From Patescibacteria group bacterium UBA6017 (GTDB taxonomy: Bacteria > Patescibacteriota > Saccharimonadia > UBA4664), in NCBI GenBank assembly GCA_002429485.1, contig DIZX01000002.1:3082-67081 (forward strand): a DNA stretch of 64,000 nucleotides, written 5' to 3'. Shown one piece after another: positions 54,998 through 64,000 of the stretch. Positions within the stretch are counted from its first letter, which is position 1, and every line of letters starts with the position of its first letter. The notes beneath the pieces are model-generated. The model worked only from the letters and a program-made list of their open reading frames with translations. It had not been told where the DNA came from and searched no databases. The position numbers and the translations under genes were made by a program.

Positions 54998-56469
54998 TAG
55001 CGCTTAACCCAACGGTGCTTTACGCCCTTAGCAAAATGTTCCTGATCGCCGAATTCGATCAGGTTTACCACCGGTTCGGCCTTATCCTTAACTGCGCTGT
55101 AAAGCTTACGAAATTCGCCGTTTAATTTGGTTAGTTTTGTGATGAGGGTACGGCTGGCGATGGCCTTGTACTCAGCCTCTGGGCGAATACCCCTGGCTAG
55201 TTCTATGTTGATCTCAATATACTGATCCATATCGGACTTATTGTTAGTGGCCATGGTGAATTTACCCGTAACCCAGCCGCGCATTTTGGGGTCCACCAGA
55301 GCAGCTTTAATGTTTTCGGGGTAGATATTGACGGCGTAAATAGTGGCGGTGAAGTCTTTGCGCCCGTTCAGGTAGACAAACGGCAAATGCCACGGCTTAG
55401 TGTCTATACCGTGTTGGGCTATCCCCTGTGCAAAAGCGGGTCCGGCCATGGCTACGGCTTCGTCATAAGGGAGAATACCCCCGAGATCATGGATATTGTA
55501 GCGCAACAAGGGAATACCCGCGTAGGCGGAAAACACCATCTCGCCGCCAACTGACTCGAAATAACGGCTCATCGGGTCGTACTGCATTAGAGACGGCAGG
55601 ACTTCGGTTCCGAAATATTTTTGACTGACGGCTGGACGTCGATTGAGTATACGCCGAAGTAATATCGAAACCGGGGTTTCGTGTCCAAGCATAGCGGCAT
55701 CGGCACTGCCATATATATTTATGCCGCCGCGGTAAGGATCGCGAGAGCCGACTTGACGCAGCATGTAGTCCCGCCACTCTTCACTGAAGGCTTCACCTGC
55801 CCACATAAATTTCACGTTAAGGCGGTTCCACCGAATGCCCTGGTTGCGGCCCTCATCCAGAATATCTTTGGTGAACGGCGGATATCCGGCAATAATCACC
55901 TGCTCATACTGGCTGCCGAGGTGCTTAATAGCTTTAACGGCTTCTTCTTTTTCCATTCCGGGAGTGACGAGGTTTATCTTGAGACCATGTTCGATGGCAC
56001 CAAGTGTACTCGAGGTGGTGTACGACCCGGCGATCCATGTACCCATCGAGAAGCAGACAACAACGAGCGTGGATTTGTGGTCGGCATTGAATATTTCGCG
56101 GTAAATGCGGGCGTGGAGCACAGCGCCTTCGACGTCTTGTCCCAAACTACGAGGCCAGAAAAAGGGTGCCCCCGTTGAACCGGAGCTAACTGAAATAATT
56201 CGGGAATGATCCAGCGTGCCGTCCCAGCAGAGCTCTGCGAGCGGGTATTTGGTGAGGTAATTTTTTTTGTCGACAAGCGGAAGCTGCTTGAAATCAGCAA
56301 TAGTTTTCACAGACTTCGGGTTGACGCCGGCCTGCTTCAAGAAATCTTTGTAGGCGGGGACTCTCACGGCGGCTTCACTAAAAAGTTTCAGCACCGATCG
56401 ATCGGCGGGAAGTGGATCAGAAGCGACAACATTTCCCGTACGGAATAGGGTGTTTGTGATTATCTTCAT
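54997..56469 (-). CDS. Adenylate-forming enzyme of the PaaK / coenzyme F390 synthetase / CapK family
   Basis: 'SSGSTGAPFFWP' resembles the PaaK 'SGTTGKP' AMP-binding motif; 490 aa; operonic with the E1-like gene. Confidence 0.55.
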   Translation of the reverse strand: MKIITNTLFRTGNVVASDPLPADRSVLKLFSEAAVRVPAYKDFLKQAGVNPKSVKTIADFKQLPLVDKKNYLTKYPLAELCWDGTLDHSRIISVSSGSTGAPFFWPRSLGQDVEGAVLHARIYREIFNADHKSTLVVVCFSMGTWIAGSYTTSSTLGAIEHGLKINLVTPGMEKEEAVKAIKHLGSQYEQVIIAGYPPFTKDILDEGRNQGIRWNRLNVKFMWAGEAFSEEWRDYMLRQVGSRDPYRGGINIYGSADAAMLGHETPVSILLRRILNRRPAVSQKYFGTEVLPSLMQYDPMSRYFESVGGEMVFSAYAGIPLLRYNIHDLGGILPYDEAVAMAGPAFAQGIAQHGIDTKPWHLPFVYLNGRKDFTATIYAVNIYPENIKAALVDPKMRGWVTGKFTMATNNKSDMDQYIEINIELARGIRPEAEYKAIASRTLITKLTKLNGEFRKLYSAVKDKAEPVVNLIEFGDQEHFAKGVKHRWVKR

Positions 56470-56500
56470 TGTTCCTGTAAGCTACTATATAAGATATAGC

Positions 56501-57607
56501 ATGAAATCAATCATTGCACATAGAGCGCAGTCGTTTACGAGCTCAGAAATAATGGGCTTTTTTGCCAAAGCCAAGGGACTGGCAAACCCGATCGATCTAA
56601 GCATCGGCATCCCATACGGCGAGATGACGTCGGCTGGACGCGACGCAGCTGTGAAGGCTCTCCATGAGGGCAAGACTACCTATTCGCCAGCCGGAGGAAT
56701 GGTAGATTTGCGCGCGGTAGTGGCGAAAAAGCTACAGGAAAGAAACAATATTCCCGCGTTGACTGATACTACGATTATTACGGCCGGTGTAAGTGCCGGC
56801 CTATTTTTGGCAATGGCGGCTATTCTCGATCCTGGCGATGAAATCATAATCCCCGACCCATTTTTCTTGGCTTACCGCGAACTGGCGGTGTTGCTGGATG
56901 TGAAGCCGGTATTTCTTGATACCTACCCGTCATTTAATCTCGATGTTAGCCGGCTAGAGAAATTGATCTCGCCGCGCACTAAGGCCGTATTGATTAACTC
57001 GCCCAACAATCCGGCGGGCACGGTATACGAGCGCGCAACGCTAGAGGCGTTAGCTGAAGTCTGCAAGAAAAATGATCTGGTTGTGATTTCTGATGAGGTG
57101 TATGAGGATTTCGTGTTTTCGGGCGAGCACACGAGCATAGGATCGATATATCAGCCGACGATAACACTCAACGGGTTCTCGAAAAATCATGCGATGACCG
57201 GAATGCGGATCGGCTACGCTCACAGCACGCCGGAAATCATTAAAGCCATGACCGATCTCGAGCAGTTCGTGTTTTTCTCAAATTCTTCGGTGGCCGAACA
57301 CGCAGCAATGGCCGTACTCAGTGTGTCGACCGAGGCTACGATGCAGCATTATGCCAAGAATCGTGAGTACATTTTCGAGAACCTTGATCCAGCATATGAA
57401 CGCTCGGAAAGTGCAGGGTCATTCTTCTGCTTCATAAAACACCCGACACTCAACGGGCGAGAAGTGGCCGAGAAAGCCCTTGCCCAGCAACTAGTCGTGA
57501 TACCCGGTGATTTGTTTTCGCTTAGAACAAGCCATTTTCGCATTTCCTATGCAACGGATTTAATAACATTGACGGCCGGCATAAATATTTTGAACGCACT
57601 CATATAG
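56501..57607 (+). CDS. PLP-dependent aminotransferase, class I/II (AspC family)
   Basis: 'NSPNNPAG', 'NGFSKNHAMTGMRIGY' (PLP-Lys). It is divergent from the PaaK-like gene with a 31-bp gap. Confidence 0.8.
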   Translation: MKSIIAHRAQSFTSSEIMGFFAKAKGLANPIDLSIGIPYGEMTSAGRDAAVKALHEGKTTYSPAGGMVDLRAVVAKKLQERNNIPALTDTTIITAGVSAGLFLAMAAILDPGDEIIIPDPFFLAYRELAVLLDVKPVFLDTYPSFNLDVSRLEKLISPRTKAVLINSPNNPAGTVYERATLEALAEVCKKNDLVVISDEVYEDFVFSGEHTSIGSIYQPTITLNGFSKNHAMTGMRIGYAHSTPEIIKAMTDLEQFVFFSNSSVAEHAAMAVLSVSTEATMQHYAKNREYIFENLDPAYERSESAGSFFCFIKHPTLNGREVAEKALAQQLVVIPGDLFSLRTSHFRISYATDLITLTAGINILNALI

Positions 57608-57640
57608 TCATAATCGCTAGTAACTTGTATAATATTAAGC

Positions 57641-58051
57641 ATGAGCACTATCAAGACTAAAGTCGCAATCATCGAAGATGATATTGCGATTGTACAAATG
57701 TACCGGACCAAGTTTGAGACCGAAGGCTATGATGTATCGACGGCGCCGGATGGCGTGAGTGGCCTGGAATTGATCGAATCATTTGAGCCAGACATCGTGT
57801 TACTGGATCTGATGATGCCGAATATGAACGGCCTCGACATGCTATCTCGGTTGCGAAGCCAACCCAACGGGCGTGATGCCAAAGTGGTTGTGCTTACTAA
57901 CATGGGCGACACCGAGACTGCCACTAAGGTCTTCAAAATGGCCGCCGACGACTACATCGTGAAGGCCGAAATGACACCGAAGCAGGTAGCCGAGCGCGTG
58001 AAGACGTTGTTGGATAAAACACCGACTCCTCCGAGCGGCCCGACCTCCTAG
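57641..58051 (+). CDS. Stand-alone response-regulator receiver (CheY-like), paralog of 50060-50560
   Basis: 'VAIIEDD', 'IVLLDLMMP', 'KVVVLTN', 'YIVKAEMTPKQV'. TATAAT at 57626-57631 is just upstream of the ATG. Confidence 0.75.
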   Translation: MSTIKTKVAIIEDDIAIVQMYRTKFETEGYDVSTAPDGVSGLELIESFEPDIVLLDLMMPNMNGLDMLSRLRSQPNGRDAKVVVLTNMGDTETATKVFKMAADDYIVKAEMTPKQVAERVKTLLDKTPTPPSGPTS

Positions 58052-58060
58052 CCGAATTGC

Positions 58061-58831
58061 TTAAGCGGCGGATTGGGCGGCAATAAGCAGATTGTCGAAC
58101 AGTGAGACGACGGTCATAGGACCGACGCCGCCGGGGTTGGGCGTGATGATGAGATCGTCCTGACGGTAAAGCGCCGGATCGAGCTCGCTTTTCGGGGAGC
58201 CCGTGTCGATGAGCACGGTGTCCGGTCTGACCATGTCGGGTTTGATGAGATGCGGCTGACCGGTGCAGGTGAAGATAATATCGGCCTGGAGGGTCTCAGC
58301 GGCCAGATTTTTGGTGTGAATGTCGCAGCGCACGACGTCGAGGCCGGAGGCTTCGAGGCGGTCGGCTAGCGGCTTGCCTACGAGCCTCCCCTGCCCTATC
58401 ACAACGATCCGGCCCTTGAGGTCGACATTGTGGGCGGCCAGCAGCCACAAGGCGGCTTTGGGGGTAGCAGCCTCAAAGGAGGTGCCGGGAGCGAGGCCAT
58501 CGACGTCTTTCTCGAGGGCAACCGCCGCGAGGGCCGGACTGACCATTTTTGGGTCGCTCAATGGGAGCTGAACAATGATGCCGGTGACGCCGGAATCGAG
58601 ATTGAGGTGATGGATGCGCTCCAGAATAGAATCCGGGGTCTCAGCAAAGACGCTGACTTTGACGCCAATAGATTCCCCGTAGCGTGATTTGACCCGCAGA
58701 TAGACATCCGTCCCGGCATCTTCGCCCATACGAACGATCGCCAGGTGCGGGGGCATGGCCATACCCGCTACCAGAGTAGTGTGGCGTTGAGCAATAAATT
58801 CGGCGATATCGCGCCCGGCGAGTAATTTCAT
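58061..58831 (-). CDS. folD: Bifunctional methylenetetrahydrofolate dehydrogenase/cyclohydrolase FolD (short form)
   Basis: 'GIIVQLPL', 'DVDGL', 'VVIGQGRLVGKPLA', 'PNPGGVGPMTV'. Confidence 0.8.
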   Translation of the reverse strand: MKLLAGRDIAEFIAQRHTTLVAGMAMPPHLAIVRMGEDAGTDVYLRVKSRYGESIGVKVSVFAETPDSILERIHHLNLDSGVTGIIVQLPLSDPKMVSPALAAVALEKDVDGLAPGTSFEAATPKAALWLLAAHNVDLKGRIVVIGQGRLVGKPLADRLEASGLDVVRCDIHTKNLAAETLQADIIFTCTGQPHLIKPDMVRPDTVLIDTGSPKSELDPALYRQDDLIITPNPGGVGPMTVVSLFDNLLIAAQSAA

Positions 58832-58879
58832 CTTGATCTCCTACTGCGACATCATACCAAACTTTGACCGAAAGTGAGC

Positions 58880-61300
58880 CTAGAGGTCCAGCCGGGCGAA
58901 TACGCGCCGCTTCACGAGCTCGGCAGCCAGCAGGTAGGCCAGCACGATTGCAAGGATGGCAGCAAAGGCAGGAAATGGCAGCGGCGAAAACTTAAAGTAT
59001 TTTGCCAGGGGGCTAAATACTATGGCATAGCCCGCCAGAACCGTACCGAGCGTGCTGAGCAAGAGATAAGGGCTTGGACTACTCTGGATGAAGGGGAGGT
59101 GGCGCGTGCGGATGACGTACACCACAAACGTCTGAGTGGTAATTGATTCAAGAAACCAGCCGGTTTGAAACTGGGGGGCGCCGAAATGAAACACAAACAA
59201 CAAGAGCCCGAAGGTAGCAAAATCGAAAATTGAGCTAAGCGGGCCAAAGCTCCACATGGCGTGCTTGAGGCCCGAGATACTGAGCTTGCGCGGGCGCTTG
59301 ATGCCGTCGGGGTCGACGCCGTCGAGCGGAAGGGCAAACTGCGAGGTGTCATAGAGCAGGTTGGTGAGCAGGATTTGGGTCGCCTGCATGGGCAGGAACG
59401 GGAGAAAAAGGGAGCCGCCAGCCATCGAAAACATATTGCCAAAGTTGGAACCCAGCGACATCATAAGGTATTTGAGCGTGTTGGCGTAGGTGCGGCGGCC
59501 CTCAATGATACCTTCTACGAGGCTGGCCAGGCTTTTATTGAGCAGGATGAGATCGGCGGTGGCCCGGGCTACGTCCACGGCATTGTTTACACTTATCCCG
59601 ATATCGGCGGCCTTGAGCGCCGGCGCGTCATTGATTCCGTCTCCCAAATAACCAACCACATGTCCGCCGGCGCGCAGCTGCTCGATGATACGCAGCTTTT
59701 GCTCGGGATTCACTCGGGCAAAGATAGTGGTAGTTTCAACGGCGTCCCGAAGCTTCGGCCGGCTCATCTTCTCGATCTCGGCTCCAGTCAGAATACCGGT
59801 GATTTCCAAACCGATATCGCTGGCAATCTTGCGCGTCACGAGAGCATTATCACCCGTAACGATCTTCACCTGGATGCCGTACTCGACCATTTTCTCGAGG
59901 GTGGATTTCACCGACTGCTTAGCGGGATCAAGAAACGCAATAAAGCCAATGAAGGTGAGGCCGTGCTCGCATTCCGGTTCGTAGCGAGCCTGTTTGGGCA
60001 GCGCGCGGGTGGCAACGGCCAAGACGCGGAAGCCCTGGCTTGAGAGGGTGTCGTATTGGCGTTGGACCTCGTCCTTGACCTCCTCGAAGCTCTTTCCGCC
60101 GGCATAATGCGAGCTAATGCGCATAATCTCTTCGGGCGCACCCTTGGTCACGAGGAGGCGCTTGGTACCATGGGCCACGGCCACCGATTCACGTTTGCGT
60201 TCAAAATCGTAGGGAATTTCATCGAGCTTGGTATAGCCGTGAATATCGACGGTCTTGAACGCGCGCACGGCGGTATCGAGTGGATTTTCGAAACTGGTCG
60301 TGTAGAAGCTTGCCAGATAACCGTGCAGCAACACGCTATCGGACTCGGTACCAAAGCCATCCACATGTCTTACCAGGGCGATGTGATCTTCGGTGAGGGT
60401 ACCCGTTTTGTCGGTACACAGAACGTCCATCGAACCAAGGTTTTGAATTGAGGCCAGCCGCTTCACGATTACGCCGTGCTTGGCCATGCCGAGTGAACCT
60501 TTGGTGAGATTCAGCGTGATAATGAGCGGCAATAGCTCAGGGGTGAGACCTACTGCAAGCGCCACGCTGAAGAGTAGCGCCTCTAGGGGATTATGGCGAA
60601 AAAGTATATTACACGTGAAGATAAAAATAACTAGCACCGAGGTGATTTTAATAATCAGCAGGCTAAAATCTTTTATTTCACGATCAAACTCAGTGGGCTG
60701 CTCCTCCGAGGAGAGCTCGCGGGCAATGTGAGAGAACTTGGTGGCGTGGCCGGTGCGCTCGACCTGCATCAGGCCCGAGCCGCTGATGATGCTCGAGCCG
60801 AGATACAGTGTTGCGCCCGGCGGCTTACCCACAGGGAAAGACTCCCCGGTGAGCGAAGACTCATTTGCCGACAAGTCCTTGCCCTCGAGCACTACCCCAT
60901 CGGCGGGAATTAGGCGCCCGGCCGTGAGCTTCACCACATCCCCCGGCACCAGATCAGCCAATGGCAGGCTCACCCACTCGCCATTTCGGCGAACATCAGC
61001 CTCAACGCGCACCCGATCGTTGAGTTCGGCGGCCGCCTTTTCGGAGCGATAGCTATTCACGAAGTCGAGTACGGTGCTCACGAGCACAATGGCAATAATA
61101 ATGAAGAAGCTCACAAGATCGCCGAAAAAGGCTGAAAGTGTAGCTGCAAGCATCAAAATAATTACGAGCGGATTCGTAAAGCGGGCCAAAAATGCCAAAA
61201 TTGGCGGCGTGGATTTACCCTGCGCCAAGGCATTTGGGCCATAGTGCTTGAGTCGTTTGGCGGCTTCTTTGGACGTGAGGCCGGCGGTATCGTTCTTCAT
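58880..61300 (-). CDS. Cation-transporting P-type ATPase (Ca2+/Mg2+-type, P2/P3 subfamily)
   Basis: 'SSLTGES', 'CTDKTGTLT', 'GDGINDAPALKAADIG'; 10 TM. The ATG at 61300 is preceded by TTATAAT. Confidence 0.85.
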   Translation of the reverse strand: MKNDTAGLTSKEAAKRLKHYGPNALAQGKSTPPILAFLARFTNPLVIILMLAATLSAFFGDLVSFFIIIAIVLVSTVLDFVNSYRSEKAAAELNDRVRVEADVRRNGEWVSLPLADLVPGDVVKLTAGRLIPADGVVLEGKDLSANESSLTGESFPVGKPPGATLYLGSSIISGSGLMQVERTGHATKFSHIARELSSEEQPTEFDREIKDFSLLIIKITSVLVIFIFTCNILFRHNPLEALLFSVALAVGLTPELLPLIITLNLTKGSLGMAKHGVIVKRLASIQNLGSMDVLCTDKTGTLTEDHIALVRHVDGFGTESDSVLLHGYLASFYTTSFENPLDTAVRAFKTVDIHGYTKLDEIPYDFERKRESVAVAHGTKRLLVTKGAPEEIMRISSHYAGGKSFEEVKDEVQRQYDTLSSQGFRVLAVATRALPKQARYEPECEHGLTFIGFIAFLDPAKQSVKSTLEKMVEYGIQVKIVTGDNALVTRKIASDIGLEITGILTGAEIEKMSRPKLRDAVETTTIFARVNPEQKLRIIEQLRAGGHVVGYLGDGINDAPALKAADIGISVNNAVDVARATADLILLNKSLASLVEGIIEGRRTYANTLKYLMMSLGSNFGNMFSMAGGSLFLPFLPMQATQILLTNLLYDTSQFALPLDGVDPDGIKRPRKLSISGLKHAMWSFGPLSSIFDFATFGLLLFVFHFGAPQFQTGWFLESITTQTFVVYVIRTRHLPFIQSSPSPYLLLSTLGTVLAGYAIVFSPLAKYFKFSPLPFPAFAAILAIVLAYLLAAELVKRRVFARLDL

Positions 61301-61884
61301 GGTTATGCTTATTATAACCTGCAGGCAACCAAAAGCCCCACCGTTTTTTAAGGATGGGGCGTTGGGATAGGGGGATAATTCAGGGGAACCGCGCTGTCTC
61401 CATTTCGGTCGTGAGACCAAATTGGGGGTAGCGGGTTGTCATCGGCAGTCCGAGGGAACTAAAGTCCGTGGACCAGTCGATCGCTTAACTTAAGCGGCAA
61501 AACCTTTGTAACAATGTTTTTCCACGTATGGAAAAGTTATTTCCTCGTTGAGGAGGATGGGTGTTGCGGCAAGGCGAGCTAGCCTTGGTTTGAACATCGT
61601 TCAGATTTGCTTTAAGCTTCGACACTCTTGCGAGTGTAGCTTAGATCAAATTTGATCGATTTTTTGCAGCAAGCTGCAGGTTTGAGACCGGAGTCTCGTG
61701 TGTCCATTGTTGCCCAGGGGGCAAATATCCAGGAAAGACTCCCAGATGTGTCATAGGGCACTAGATGAACTCTGCTACGAGAGTGCATTTAGTGTCGCAC
61801 GACGTTATCGCGAAGAACGCATACTGCTTATGTAATTTAAAGTATCGTATAGAATATCACAAGATTTATAGCACGTCAAGGACT
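61301..61884 (-). promoter_or_regulatory. ~580-nt ORF-poor leader upstream of the P-type ATPase, with a terminator-like hairpin 30 nt before the start; candidate riboswitch/attenuator
   Basis: Minus-strand hairpin GCCCCA-(14 nt)-TGGGGC + UUUU at 61331-61360. There is a TTGACG-like promoter near 61870 and a possible 32-aa uORF on the plus strand at 61557 with GAGGAGG. Confidence 0.25.
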
Positions 61885-63135
61885 TTATTGGACAGAGGCT
61901 TCTTCGGCTCCCAGAGCGGCGGATGCGCAAATGGTGCACTCGTTTTCTTGACGGGAGTCTTGCAGCCAAACGCGAACCGCTTGCGACCAGCGCTCGATAT
62001 CGGCATAGCCCGCGAGATCAGCCAAGCGGCGCAGAATATAGCCAATGAAACCGTAGACATGATAGCCGCGCCATTCAGCTACGGCCCAGTACTCCCCCAC
62101 TGGGAATACACTCACCGGGGCGACCGGACGGTAGGCGGGACGATCGCGGCCCGAGCGAGAACGCACGATATCGCCGGCCACATAATCGGCATCGCGAACA
62201 GCGGTCTGGGCCAGGCCCGAGTACGGCGTGGAGGCGTTGTCTCCGATGACGTAAACGTGGTCGCCGGCCTCCAGATGACTCGACACCATGACCCGTCCAC
62301 CCTTAGCCAGCTGGAAGTGCGTACCGTTGGCGTAGTAAAACGGATTGACGCTAGTACCGGCAGTCCAAACAACGGTGCGAGTGGCGATCGACTGACCCTC
62401 CAGCTCAAGGGCTGCGGCGGTTTCGGCCTTCACCTGGGCGCCCGTGATCACCTTGACCCCTAGCGACTCGAGCTTGCGCTGCACGCGGGCCGAAACGGCT
62501 TCGCTAGAGCGCGGAAGCAATCGCGGAGCAGCCTCAACGAGCTCTATCTGATAGTCGCGCCCCCCAATGTTATGCTGCGCCATGGTGCGGTTGAGGTAAG
62601 CGCCGAGCGATGCAGCCAGTTCGACACCGGTCGGGCCACCACCGACTACGACGTAGTTGAGATCAGGCTTATGTTCGGACATTAGCTGACTGTGAATATG
62701 CAGCTTAAATTCCTCGGCGTCTTCAATCGACTTGATGCCGTACGAGAACTCTTTGAGCCCGGCGATACCAAAATAATTGGTAACGGCACCGAGAGCCATC
62801 ACCAGCTCGTCGTAATGATAGCTGGTAACGCCATCGATGGAGGTGACGGTGTGAGCCTGAGGATCGATAGCCACAATGACGTCCTTAATGAGCTTCACCC
62901 GGGTGCCATCGAGTACATCGGTGAGCGGCAGAGCCGATTCCGAGCGCGAGCCGCCGGTGGCGGAATGGTAAAACTGAGGGTAGTAAGCGAAGGTACTAAG
63001 GTTCGAAATGAGGGTAATATCGAAATCAGAATGACGGCTAAGCTGGCTAGCGGCGCGAACGCCGCCGAAGCCACCGCCGATGATTAAGACTGTTGGAATT
63101 GTGCGGGGTATAGTTGCCATATCTGGTGTAATCAT
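61885..63135 (-). CDS. ndh: Type II NADH dehydrogenase (NDH-2, FAD-dependent pyridine nucleotide-disulfide oxidoreductase)
   Basis: Two dinucleotide folds: 'VLIIGGGFGG' and 'VVVGGGPTGVELA'. Confidence 0.8.
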   Translation of the reverse strand: MITPDMATIPRTIPTVLIIGGGFGGVRAASQLSRHSDFDITLISNLSTFAYYPQFYHSATGGSRSESALPLTDVLDGTRVKLIKDVIVAIDPQAHTVTSIDGVTSYHYDELVMALGAVTNYFGIAGLKEFSYGIKSIEDAEEFKLHIHSQLMSEHKPDLNYVVVGGGPTGVELAASLGAYLNRTMAQHNIGGRDYQIELVEAAPRLLPRSSEAVSARVQRKLESLGVKVITGAQVKAETAAALELEGQSIATRTVVWTAGTSVNPFYYANGTHFQLAKGGRVMVSSHLEAGDHVYVIGDNASTPYSGLAQTAVRDADYVAGDIVRSRSGRDRPAYRPVAPVSVFPVGEYWAVAEWRGYHVYGFIGYILRRLADLAGYADIERWSQAVRVWLQDSRQENECTICASAALGAEEASVQ

Positions 63136-63192
63136 AAGTGTGATTGGCTAAAACGTCTATGATTCAGATGAATATCCGAAATACGGCCGTGA

Positions 63193-63972
63193 TTACGGCA
63201 GGACAGTATTTAATGAAATCACCAGACACAGTCCGGTAATGACGACCAGAGAATATTTAAACATTTGTTTTGCCCATAGAGTGTCGTTGGCGGCCGCAAA
63301 GCCGCTCAGGCCGAGGGCCAGCCAGACTAGCCCGAGCATGAGGGTAACCACCAGATAGGCCACGCCGGCATAGCCAAGCAGGTATAACGAAGCCGCTGCC
63401 ACCGTGAACGCAACAATGTAGGCCAGCATTTGAATTTTGGTGGCGCGTATCCCCTGCTTGCTCGGCAGCACCGGTATGTTGGCGGCCGTGTAATCACTGA
63501 GCCGATAGATGGCAATAGCGTAGAAATGCGGCATCTGCCATAAAACGATGATTAGGAATAATATCCCTGCCGCTACATCGAGCCGGCCCGTTACCGCCAC
63601 ATAGCCGACTACCGGCGGTACGGCGCCGGAGATACTACCGACTACCGTGCCAATCGCCGAGCGCCGCTTCCAGATCCCGTACAGCACGACGTAGGCAAAG
63701 AAGCCGAAGAGCGAAATGGCCAGAGTGAGCAGATTGGTAAAGACGCCGAGTATCGCCGCCCCCGCAACGCCAAGAATGCTGCCAAAAATAATCGCAGCGC
63801 GAACCGAAATTGCCCCCCGAACGAGAGCCCGCTGGTTGGTGCGTGCCATCTTGGCGTCGATTTCACGATCGATGTAATTATTGAAGACGCAGGCGGAAGC
63901 GATCACCAATGACAGCCCGGTAAGCATAGCAATACCGAGGTTGAAATGGATTTGTCCTTTTGATGCCAGCAA
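63193..63972 (-). CDS. UbiA-family prenyltransferase (heme O synthase/CtaB-like or polyprenyltransferase); the N-terminus may extend beyond the window
   Basis: 'NNYIDREIDAKMARTNQRALVRG' is the UbiA Asp-rich motif; multiple TM helices. Confidence 0.65.
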   Translation of the reverse strand: MLASKGQIHFNLGIAMLTGLSLVIASACVFNNYIDREIDAKMARTNQRALVRGAISVRAAIIFGSILGVAGAAILGVFTNLLTLAISLFGFFAYVVLYGIWKRRSAIGTVVGSISGAVPPVVGYVAVTGRLDVAAGILFLIIVLWQMPHFYAIAIYRLSDYTAANIPVLPSKQGIRATKIQMLAYIVAFTVAAASLYLLGYAGVAYLVVTLMLGLVWLALGLSGFAAANDTLWAKQMFKYSLVVITGLCLVISLNTVLP

Positions 63973-64000
63973 GAACCCGGCGGTGGCGGCTATAGCATTG

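Noticed and set aside
61423-61445. yybP-ykoY (Mn2+ riboswitch)-like 'GGGGGUAGC...UUGUCAU' element
   Set aside because: It lies on the plus strand, whereas the regulated P-type ATPase is on the minus strand. The two boxes are adjacent rather than in separate helices, which is inconsistent with the known architecture.
61730-61760. RNase P RNA P4/P5-like sequence 'GGAAAGACUCC...CAUAGGGCA' on the plus strand
   Set aside because: No matching P4 3' strand (GGGAGUCU+UA) downstream, and other universal RNase P elements were not found; more likely coincidence within the ATPase leader.
1-64000. CRISPR arrays, reverse transcriptase/DGR, retron or toxin-antitoxin cassettes in the chromosomal part
   Set aside because: No regularly spaced direct repeats, no RT motifs (YxDD) and no small paired ORFs were seen. 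The only repetitive DNA is coding low-complexity (PT/PE repeats) and the isolated inverted repeats listed above.

Overview
The window has two parts. Positions 1-~4142 are a high-GC (~70%) fragment of an integrative mobile element abutting the 3' end of a minus-strand tRNA-Ala(CGC). It carries a partial N4/N6 DNA methyltransferase, a ribbon-helix-helix protein, an XRE/ImmA regulator pair and a large serine recombinase. The remaining ~60 kb is a moderate-GC (~55-58%), gene-dense chromosome, mostly on the minus strand. It encodes housekeeping and cell-envelope genes: ABC exporter, obg, LysM-CHAP hydrolase, mltG, ruvX, ftsA with FtsB/FtsL-like proteins, a short alaS, GGDEF, mnmA, iscS-like, tatD, metG, rsmA, a MarP-like CvpA-protease, an RpfB-like DUF348-G5-Rpf protein, pyrH, uvrD/pcrA, an S53 peptidase, tpiA-pgk-pyk, tRNA-Glu, rlmA, polysaccharide deacetylase, folD, a P-type ATPase, NDH-2 and a UbiA prenyltransferase. 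Gene order (metG-tatD...rpfB-ksgA and alaS...ruvX-mltG) is actinobacterial-like, but several proteins are minimal (629-aa AlaRS without the C-Ala domain, 489-aa MetRS). The host looks like a reduced-genome Actinobacteria-related or Saccharibacteria-like organism; this cannot be settled from sequence alone. The most unusual locus is 50060-58051: a 7TM histidine kinase and two paralogous single-domain receiver proteins bracket an E1/ThiF-like enzyme, a PaaK/F390-synthetase-like adenylating enzyme, a PLP aminotransferase and a tandem-nitroreductase (Acg-type) protein. Other leads are a second high-GC islet (an SDR gene) next to tRNA-Glu, a ~350-nt candidate structured ncRNA (17247-17593) ending in ...CCCCACCA with its own terminator, a recurring palindromic promoter motif (ATAATTGTTATGG), a 16-bp inverted-repeat element, and long 5' leaders upstream of the cell-wall hydrolase and P-type ATPase genes. 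Track ORF coordinates include the stop codon and first codons may be alternative starts; several CDS below start at an internal Met (noted where applied). No CRISPR array was seen.
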